Below, in pieces: positions 19,865 through 26,792 of a stretch of 64,000 nucleotides of DNA (position 1 is the stretch's first letter; each line of letters opens with the position of its first letter). The notes beneath the pieces were generated by a model, which was not told where the DNA came from, did not search any database, and saw only the letters and a program-made list of their open reading frames with translations. The DNA is from a bacterium (GTDB lineage: Bacteria > Patescibacteriota > Patescibacteriia > UBA2196), in the NCBI GenBank assembly GCA_035387885.1, contig DAOOOW010000003.1, forward strand, positions 3,498 through 67,497, in the 5' to 3' direction. The position numbers and the translations under genes are program-made.

Positions 19865-20944
19865 ATGAAAGTCGCTCTCATCAACGACATGCTTGTTCAA
19901 GAAGGCGGACAAGAAAGAGTTCTGCGCGCCTTGCAAGAAATATTTCCAGAAAGTCCAACCTTTGTGTTGTTTTATGATGTTAAAAATAAAGAAAGATATT
20001 ATCAAAAAAAAGAAATTGTTTCCAGTTTTTTGCAAAGATTTCCTCAAATAGAAACCAGATATCAGTGGATGTTGCCCTTAATGTCCACGGCTATTGAATC
20101 TTTAGATTTAAGAGAATATGATTTAATTATTTCTTCAAGCTCTTCTTTTGCTAAAGGAGTTTTGGTAAAACCTGAAGCTAAACATATTTGTTATTGTCAT
20201 ACGCCGACGAGATTTTTATGGTCAGAGTGGCATGAATATATTGGCGATTTGCGCTATCCTAAATTTATTAAAAAAATATTGCCATTTTATTTATCACAAT
20301 TACGCAGTTGGGATTATAATGCAGCTCAAAGAGTAGATTATTTTTTAGCTAATTCCAAAACCGTAGCCGATAGAATAAAAAAATATTATAATCAAGATTC
20401 CGCCATAATTTTTCCACCAGTAGATACTGAAAAATATTTTATTGCCGAGCCTAAAAATTATTATTTAATTGGCGGTAGGCTTGTGCCTTACAAAAGATAC
20501 GACTTAGCTGTCAAAGCTTTTAATAAGTTAAACATACCTTTAAAAATTTTTGGCCTAGGATCAGAATATGCTTATTTAAAATCTATTGCTAAAAATAATA
20601 TTGAATTTTTGGGTGAAGTTTCTGAAAACGAAAAAATTCGCCTTTATAGCGAAGCTCTTGCTTTTCTAAATCCCGGTGAAGAAGATTTTGGTATAACTAT
20701 GATTGAATCTTTAGCTTCTGGTCGACCAGTCATTGCCTATAATAAAGGCGGGGCAAAAGAAACAATTAAAGCAGGGGAGACTGGAGTTTTTTTTAATCAC
20801 CAAACCTGGGAAAGTTTGGCTAATACCATTATTCATTTTCAACCAGAAAAATTTAATAGCCAACAAATTAAACTTCACGCCGAACAGTTTAATAAAAAAA
20901 GATTTAAAAATGAAATGAAATCTTTTCTTGACAAGATTATTTAA
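19865..20944 (+). CDS. GT4 family glycosyltransferase
   Basis: C-terminal EDFGITMIESLASGRPVIA...GETG motif (GT-B, GT4). Confidence 0.8.
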   Translation: MKVALINDMLVQEGGQERVLRALQEIFPESPTFVLFYDVKNKERYYQKKEIVSSFLQRFPQIETRYQWMLPLMSTAIESLDLREYDLIISSSSSFAKGVLVKPEAKHICYCHTPTRFLWSEWHEYIGDLRYPKFIKKILPFYLSQLRSWDYNAAQRVDYFLANSKTVADRIKKYYNQDSAIIFPPVDTEKYFIAEPKNYYLIGGRLVPYKRYDLAVKAFNKLNIPLKIFGLGSEYAYLKSIAKNNIEFLGEVSENEKIRLYSEALAFLNPGEEDFGITMIESLASGRPVIAYNKGGAKETIKAGETGVFFNHQTWESLANTIIHFQPEKFNSQQIKLHAEQFNKKRFKNEMKSFLDKII

Positions 20945-20956
20945 TTATATACAACT

Positions 20957-21403
20957 TCACCTCTCGGCTTTATCAATAAAAAGCACTCCGTCTAAATGAT
21001 CAATTTCGTGTTGAAAAACCCTAGCCAGTAAATCCTTGGCTTTTATTTTTTGCTTTTTTGCTTCTAAATTTAAAAATTCTACTTCCACTCCATAATGTCT
21101 TTTAACCAACATAAAAATATCTGGCAAAGACAAACAACCTTCTTCGCCAATTTTTTTACGCCAAGATTTTTTTAAAATTTTAGGATTAATAAAAGCCATC
21201 ACCCCATCTTCAGAATTAACCACAATTAAGCGGATGTTTTTGCCAACCTGTGGCGCGGCCAAACCCACGCCATCTTTTTCTAACATGGTTTTGGCCATAT
21301 CTTTGACCAATTTTTTAAAATCTGCACGCAAAATCTCTTCATGTTTTATTTCACGAGATTTTTTTCTCAAAATTGGATTGGGGTGAGTGATTATTTTTAA
21401 CAT
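20957..21403 (-). CDS. def: peptide deformylase
   Basis: GLAAPQVG, EGCLS and HEIDHLDG motifs. Confidence 0.9.
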   Translation of the reverse strand: MLKIITHPNPILRKKSREIKHEEILRADFKKLVKDMAKTMLEKDGVGLAAPQVGKNIRLIVVNSEDGVMAFINPKILKKSWRKKIGEEGCLSLPDIFMLVKRHYGVEVEFLNLEAKKQKIKAKDLLARVFQHEIDHLDGVLFIDKAER

Positions 21404-21408
21404 GTCCG

Positions 21409-21539
21409 TAGTTTATCCCGAGCGATTAGTCGAGGGATCTCATTTAGAATTAAAAGTGATTTGTAATTAATGTATTTTTTATGCAGAACACGGGATCCCT
21501 CGGCTCATAACGACCAAAAAAGTCGCTCGGGATAAACTA
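21409..21539. repeat. MITE-like element with perfect 17-bp terminal inverted repeats (tagtttatcccgagcga / tcgctcgggataaacta) and an inner IR cgagggatc/gatccctcg
   Basis: Seen directly. 131 bp lying between the priA stop and the def start. Confidence 0.55.
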
Positions 21540-21545
21540 AAAAAA

Positions 21546-23471
21546 TTAATTTATTTTCTCAGGATTTATATCTAGCATAACATTTTTTGGCAGATTATTC
21601 AAAATTTTATCCAAAGTAATATCTAATGGAATTTTGGCAATCAAATTAAATTTAAAGTTTTTGTTTTGATGAGTATCTGGCAATGGTCCAAGAAGTTCTA
21701 TTTTTTCATCAATATTTTTAATAAATTCCGATATTTTTTTTAAAGAATTTTTTACTAATAATTCTTTTTTATCAGTGGCTATAAATTTAACCAATTGCGA
21801 AAATGGTGGATAATTAAAGTCTTGTCTAGTTTGCAATTCAGAATTATAAAATATTTCTGGCTTATTTTCTTTAATACTTTGGATGACTAAATTTTCTGGT
21901 ATATTAGTTTGTAAAACAAAATCAGCGTTATTATGAGCCGAAAAAATATTATAAAACAGCTGATAAGCCTTTTCCTCGGCTCGAAAATCACCAATATTTA
22001 ACAATTGATCAAAATTAATAAAAGCAATCAAAGCAAATTCCTTTAAATCTATTTTATTAATAACAAATCTGGTGCCAATAATTATCTGGTAATCAGCTGT
22101 TGTTTTGTGTTCCAACTTATCCAACTCTAAAATCTTGGCTTCTGGCAAAAGTTTTTGTAATTCACTTTTAACTTTTTGTGTACCCGCGCCCTTAAAATTT
22201 ATATTAATCCCGGAACATTTTGGACAAAATGGTGACATGTCTTCATGGTATTTACACCAAGAACAAACCAATTGCTTTTTTTTATTTTCATAAGCCAAAT
22301 TATTAGCACATTTTGGACATTTAAAAACATATTCACAATCTTGACAATTGACTAATTTAGCAAAACCAATACGATTATGAAACAAAAATATTTTCTGCTT
22401 ATTATTTAGTTTTTCTTTTATATTTGCTAATAATTTATCAGAAATGGGATTATAATTGCCACCCTGTCTTTCATTTTTTAAATTGACTATGCTGACAACT
22501 GCCTTTGGCCCAATGTTGCCACCTTTTTTGTCATCCTCGCGGAAGCGAGAACCCAGAAATTTTATTTTATTTGCAAATTTTTTTTTCTGGATTCCAGCTT
22601 TCGCTGGAATGACAGCCAAATTGTAAGTTTCTAAATTTGGTGCTGTCGTAGTCAAAACTAATTCCGCTCCAAAATTTTCCGCTAGCCATTCTGCCACATC
22701 TCTGGCGTCAAATCTTGGATTTGCTTCAGATTGTTTGTGATTCCAACTCTCGGCGTTTAAAATTATAAGATGTTTTAAATTAACAAACGGTAAAAAAACA
22801 GCAATTTTTGTCCCGATAATAATTTTATTTTTATTATTTAAAACATTTTGCCAAGTCTGGAAATAATCTGATTTTTTAATTTGACTATGAACAATAGCCA
22901 CATCTTTTTCTTTTACAGAACAATTGATTATTATTTTTTTAATTAAAGAAATTTCTGGTATTAAAATTAAAATTTGTTCTTTATTTTTTAAAGCCAATTT
23001 TATTTTTTCTTTAATTAAATTTTCTACTTCTGAAATATCCCGATACCATAATAATTGTGCTTTCTTTTTATTGTTTTTAATTTTTATATTTTTTTTCTGA
23101 TTTCCCTGCCTCGCCAGCAGGCAGGTGCTGGCGTATTTTGAATTTTTTTTAGGTAGATTCGGTACTAATGTTTTGGCTAAGCCAGTTAAAGAGCTGCCGG
23201 TTGATTGAGCTATAAATTTTATTAATTCAATTTGTTTGGCATTAATAATTGGTAATAGAGTAATAATTTTTATAATTTTTTTTAATTTAAAATGATAAAT
23301 TGGTTTTTTATTTTCTAAACCAATTATTAAACCATTAATTTTTTTATGCCCAAAATCTATAGCTACAATTTGGCCCAAAGAAATTACATTTTCCAATTCT
23401 AAAGGCACGGTATAGGAAAAAAAATCCAAACTGGCTGGTAATTTTAAAAGTGGAATAATTTGTGCTATCAT
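21546..23471 (-). CDS. priA: primosomal protein N' (PriA) homolog with degenerate helicase motifs
   Basis: PriA Cys-rich zinc region CQDCEYVFKCPKCAN...CSWC...CPKCSG. ILILIPEISL aligns to VMVPEIGL and IIGTKIAVFLPF to IGTRSALFTPF. Walker A is replaced by YRDISEVENLI and DEEHD by NAESWN. Confidence 0.8.
   Translation of the reverse strand: MIAQIIPLLKLPASLDFFSYTVPLELENVISLGQIVAIDFGHKKINGLIIGLENKKPIYHFKLKKIIKIITLLPIINAKQIELIKFIAQSTGSSLTGLAKTLVPNLPKKNSKYASTCLLARQGNQKKNIKIKNNKKKAQLLWYRDISEVENLIKEKIKLALKNKEQILILIPEISLIKKIIINCSVKEKDVAIVHSQIKKSDYFQTWQNVLNNKNKIIIGTKIAVFLPFVNLKHLIILNAESWNHKQSEANPRFDARDVAEWLAENFGAELVLTTTAPNLETYNLAVIPAKAGIQKKKFANKIKFLGSRFREDDKKGGNIGPKAVVSIVNLKNERQGGNYNPISDKLLANIKEKLNNKQKIFLFHNRIGFAKLVNCQDCEYVFKCPKCANNLAYENKKKQLVCSWCKYHEDMSPFCPKCSGININFKGAGTQKVKSELQKLLPEAKILELDKLEHKTTADYQIIIGTRFVINKIDLKEFALIAFINFDQLLNIGDFRAEEKAYQLFYNIFSAHNNADFVLQTNIPENLVIQSIKENKPEIFYNSELQTRQDFNYPPFSQLVKFIATDKKELLVKNSLKKISEFIKNIDEKIELLGPLPDTHQNKNFKFNLIAKIPLDITLDKILNNLPKNVMLDINPEKIN
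22530..22613. repeat. 84-bp palindromic element (gtcatcc family) inserted in-frame in priA
   Basis: Arms gtcatcctcgcggaagcgagaacccagaaa and tttctggattccagctttcgctggaatgac. Translates to ...IPAKAGIQKKKFANKIKFLGSRFREDDKKGG... Confidence 0.6.
23105..23125. repeat. family A palindromic mini-element (inverted copy) in-frame in priA
   Basis: cctgcctcgccagcaggcagg. The extended 33-bp match to 1246-1278 is in reverse orientation. Translates to TCLLARQGNQ. Confidence 0.65.
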
Positions 23472-23772
23472 AAAATTATCTTATCGTGTTTGTTGGTTTA
23501 ATGGCTCTGCCTGCCCCGCATCTGCGGTGGCCTTGAACCATTTTGTTCCTTCAGTAAAACTCGTTTATTACTTTGAGGCATTAAGGTTCAAAGTAGAGCT
23601 TTGAATCAACGTTGAGGTGGTTATGCTTTGCCGATAGGCGTTATTTACTATTCCAATTTTAACATTTTACAGCTAACTTGTATAATGGTATAATATAAAC
23701 AATTCTTAATTATTAATTTTGAATTTTGAATGTCATGGTTTATTTTTATTAAAAATTAAAAATTATAATTAT

Positions 23773-24789
23773 ATGCCTACAAAAAAACCCATCCGCCTAG
23801 CTATTAATGGTTTTGGTCGTATTGGCCGAGCCGCTTTTAAAATCGCTTTGGAAAACCTCAAGTTTCAAGTGGTGGCTATTAATGATCTAACAGATAATGC
23901 CACTTTGGCCCATTTATTAAAATATGATTCTGTCTATGGTGTTTATAATCACGAGATTAAAAGTGATGAGGACAATATTTATGTTGACCAAGTTAAATAT
24001 CCCTCTTTTTCCATAAAAGATTTAGAACAATTATCTTGGCAAGATTTGCAAGTGGACGTGGTTTTAGAATGCACTGGAAAATTTGTTAAAGATAGTGTGG
24101 CTTCTGGTCATATTAAGGCTGGTGCTAAAAAAGTTATTTTATCAGCTCCGTCAAAAGGCACGCCCAAAGCACCAACCTATTTAATCGGTGTTAATGAAGA
24201 TAAATATAAAGGCGAGAGTGTTATTTCCAATGCATCTTGCACCACCAATTGTATTGCCCCAGTGACTAAAGTTATTTTAGATAATTTTGGTATAAAAAAA
24301 GCTTTTCTAAATACTATTCATTCCTATACTGCAGATCAAAATTTGGTTGATGGTCCACATAAAGATTTGCGTCGTGCTCGTAGCGCTGCTTACAATATTA
24401 TACCAACTTCTACTGGCGCGGCTATTGCGGTGACAGAAGTTTTGCCAGAATTAAAAGGTAAATTTGACGGCGTGGCTTTGCGGGTGCCTACAATTTGCGG
24501 TTCTATTTCAGACATTACTTATGTTTTAAAAAAGAAAGCTACCGTTGATAGTGTTAATAAAGCCCTTAAAAAAGCTTCTCTCGCTGCTAAAATGAAAAAT
24601 ATTTTAACAGTTAGTAATGAGCCATTGGTTTCTAGTGATATTATTGGTAATCCAGCTTCTGTAGTTGTGGATTTAGAATCCACCATGATGTTGGGTGAAG
24701 ATTATTTAAAAATTTTAGCTTGGTATGATAATGAATGGGGTTATTCATGTCGCCTTGTTGAAATGGCCGAAGTGGTCATGAAGAAATAG
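23773..24789 (+). CDS. gap: glyceraldehyde-3-phosphate dehydrogenase
   Basis: INGFGRIGR Rossmann motif and SNASCTTNCIAP active site. Start taken at MPTKKP. The track ORF has a spurious 5' extension. Confidence 0.9.
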   Translation: MPTKKPIRLAINGFGRIGRAAFKIALENLKFQVVAINDLTDNATLAHLLKYDSVYGVYNHEIKSDEDNIYVDQVKYPSFSIKDLEQLSWQDLQVDVVLECTGKFVKDSVASGHIKAGAKKVILSAPSKGTPKAPTYLIGVNEDKYKGESVISNASCTTNCIAPVTKVILDNFGIKKAFLNTIHSYTADQNLVDGPHKDLRRARSAAYNIIPTSTGAAIAVTEVLPELKGKFDGVALRVPTICGSISDITYVLKKKATVDSVNKALKKASLAAKMKNILTVSNEPLVSSDIIGNPASVVVDLESTMMLGEDYLKILAWYDNEWGYSCRLVEMAEVVMKK

Positions 24790-24799
24790 TCCTTTGTTT

Positions 24800-24853
24800 G
24801 TCATCCCCGCCGGTCTCGCCATGAATCAGGCACACAGAGCTGGGATCCCGTGA
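24800..24853. repeat. GC-rich palindromic element (gtcatcc...gggatcc family) just 3' of gap
   Basis: gtcatccccgccgg...gggatcccgtgaa. Related to 27055-27091. Confidence 0.5.
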
Positions 24854-24872
24854 ATATAACATGGAGGTTAAT

Positions 24873-25037
24873 ATGTTTTATATAGCATATTATTTATTAA
24901 TTTTGGTTGTTTGTTGCATTATTTTTTTGATTATGATTTTTGGTATTATGTTTTGGAGGTTTAAAATAGCCAAAACACAAACGGAAAAAATTTTTTCACT
25001 AAAAAAGCCACTCAGCAGAGTGGCTTTTTATGTCTAA
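24873..25037 (+). CDS. small hydrophobic peptide (54 aa, one TM, basic C-terminus)
   Basis: GGAGG RBS 6 nt upstream. MFYIAYYLLILVVCCIIFLIMIFGIMFWRFKIAKTQ... The 3' end runs through hairpin DR1. Confidence 0.3.
   Translation: MFYIAYYLLILVVCCIIFLIMIFGIMFWRFKIAKTQTEKIFSLKKPLSRVAFYV
25005..25026. repeat. hairpin direct repeat DR1 (aagccact-cagcag-agtggctt)
   Basis: 8-bp stem, 6-nt loop, followed by a T-run. Near-identical copy at 25511-25532. Confidence 0.7.
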
Positions 25038-25073
25038 CTTTAGCTAAAATATTTTGCTATACATAACTTTTGC

Positions 25074-25100
25074 TTGACAAATCTCTCTCTCTGCTATAAT
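25074..25100 (+). promoter_or_regulatory. near-consensus sigma70 promoter TTGACA-N15-TGcTATAAT with a (CT)5 spacer
   Basis: Seen directly. A GGGAGGG Shine-Dalgarno sits at 25164-25170. Confidence 0.6.
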
Positions 25101-25173
25101 GGAAATATCAAAAAAGATATACATTGTTACAGTAAATGCAATGAGCAATAAATCTAACTCCTAGGGAGGGATT

Positions 25174-25497
25174 ATGTCAAAAGTGAAAGCAAGAGAGGTG
25201 TTGTCAGTAAGTAAACACGGTCCTGACTACCACTGGTTTCATCTGGTAGTCAACGGGCTGCAAACACTGACGGTTTCTGATGCTGCAGCGGTATGGATCG
25301 TAGATGATACGGTTCATAAGACCACTGCAATTATCACCAGAGCTTGGGAAAAGTATGATGATCAAAAAGATCTCGTTGTTAAACGGGCTAAAATCACTGG
25401 CCCGGAGTTTCAAATCCTGAATCTTCTAAGTAGCCTTGGGATGGGGACTCCTGAAGTCGCAGCTATTCCTTGGCAAAAAAATGAAGATGCTGTGTAA
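25174..25497 (+). CDS. hypothetical protein (107 aa) on a compositionally foreign cassette
   Basis: GC is about 45-50% against about 28% in the flanks. Codon usage differs (ctg/ggc/acg rich). Strong promoter and RBS. Flanked by hairpin direct repeats. Confidence 0.6.
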   Translation: MSKVKAREVLSVSKHGPDYHWFHLVVNGLQTLTVSDAAAVWIVDDTVHKTTAIITRAWEKYDDQKDLVVKRAKITGPEFQILNLLSSLGMGTPEVAAIPWQKNEDAV

Positions 25498-25510
25498 TCT
25501 TCGTCTTGAA

Positions 25511-25532
25511 AAGCCACTCAACAGAGTGGCTT
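25511..25532. repeat. hairpin direct repeat DR2 (aagccact-caacag-agtggctt)
   Basis: Differs from DR1 by one loop base. Also serves as a bidirectional terminator between the cassette and the convergent GT gene. Confidence 0.7.
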
Positions 25533-25548
25533 TTGTATTTAATATTTT

Positions 25549-26736
25549 TTATTCCTGGTAGACTTTTTCCGTCTCTCTCAGCATTTTTTCCAAGCTAAAA
25601 TTTTTTATTTTTTCCAAATTATTGTGGCTGAATTTTTCTGCCAATTTTGGATCATCCAAAATTTTTTCTAAAGCCCTAGTAATTTCTCTGGGTTTTTCTT
25701 TGTTAACTATTAGACCATTAGCATCTTGTTCAACAATTTCTAACATGCCTCCAACAGAGGTGGCCACAACAGGTAATCCAGCAGCCATGGCTTCCATAAC
25801 AGAATAGGAAAAACCTTCTTTAACAGAGGGCAAACAAAAAATATCAAAAGCTTTTAAAAGTTCATAAGCTTTATCAATATTACCAACAAGAAAAAAAACA
25901 TTCTCTAAATTTAATTGCTTAATTTCACGTTCTAGGTTTTTTCTTTGTCCACCTTCACCAATAACTATAAAAATAACTTGTGGATTTTTTTCTTTTAAAA
26001 TTTTGGCTGCTCGAATTAAGTAAATTAGACCTTTGGTGGCATATAAATTGGCAATAGTGCCAATAAGTGGTGAGTAATCCCTAATTTGCCTGCCTGCCGG
26101 CGAGGCAGGTAATCTGTAATTGGTAATTAATGTTTTTCTAGCTTCAGATTTTTCTAAAAAATTTAATTTAGTTAAATCAATACCGTTGTGAATAGTAATA
26201 AATTTATGATGGGGAGCTATTTTGTGATTTAAACCAGTGATTTTATCTAATTCGGAAACACAAATGATTTTATCTTTAAAATGTCCAGATATTCTTTCAG
26301 ACCATTGGTAAAATAATTTTCTACCAAGAGATATTGGTTCGTTAAACACAAAACCATGAACAGTATAAATTATTTTGACTTTTTTACCACTTATCTTTTT
26401 ATAAAGCCAGCCCATAACTGCGCCGGTCGAGCCAATTTTACTGGAATTTAAATGAATAATATCTGGTTGAGATTTTTCAAGTAGCCGATAAATTTCTAAG
26501 CCTGATAAAAAATCATGCCAGAGATTTATTTCTCTGACAACATGTTTAAGTCGCCAAACTTTAAAACCCTTTTGAGACAAACTTTCTAGCCAATCAACAA
26601 CGGGGTGTTCTTTTTTTTCTCCGACCGCAATTTCTATAATATATTTATTAGCAGGTAAATTTTCTGCCAAATCAATAATATATTTTTGGGCGCCACCAAA
26701 TTCACTTTGAGTGACAAGATAGAGAATTTTAATCAT
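25549..26736 (-). CDS. GT4 family glycosyltransferase
   Basis: GT-B N-terminal GGAQ motif and C-terminal EGFSYSVMEAMAAGLPVVAT. In-frame family A element at 26089-26109 (PASPAGRQ). Confidence 0.8.
   Translation of the reverse strand: MIKILYLVTQSEFGGAQKYIIDLAENLPANKYIIEIAVGEKKEHPVVDWLESLSQKGFKVWRLKHVVREINLWHDFLSGLEIYRLLEKSQPDIIHLNSSKIGSTGAVMGWLYKKISGKKVKIIYTVHGFVFNEPISLGRKLFYQWSERISGHFKDKIICVSELDKITGLNHKIAPHHKFITIHNGIDLTKLNFLEKSEARKTLITNYRLPASPAGRQIRDYSPLIGTIANLYATKGLIYLIRAAKILKEKNPQVIFIVIGEGGQRKNLEREIKQLNLENVFFLVGNIDKAYELLKAFDIFCLPSVKEGFSYSVMEAMAAGLPVVATSVGGMLEIVEQDANGLIVNKEKPREITRALEKILDDPKLAEKFSHNNLEKIKNFSLEKMLRETEKVYQE
26089..26109. repeat. family A palindromic mini-element, in-frame in a GT4 gene
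   Basis: cctgcctgccggcgaggcagg, identical to 1257-1277. Confidence 0.7.
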
Positions 26737-26792
26737 ATTTTATATTATATAACAAATTGCCATTTTGAGCAAAAAGAGCTAAAATAGAAAAT

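Noticed and set aside
23719-23772. N-terminal extension MNFECHGLFLLKIKNYNY on gap
   Set aside because: The conserved GAPDH N-terminus starts at MPTKKPIRLAINGFGRIGR (23773). The extension covers the promoter region.
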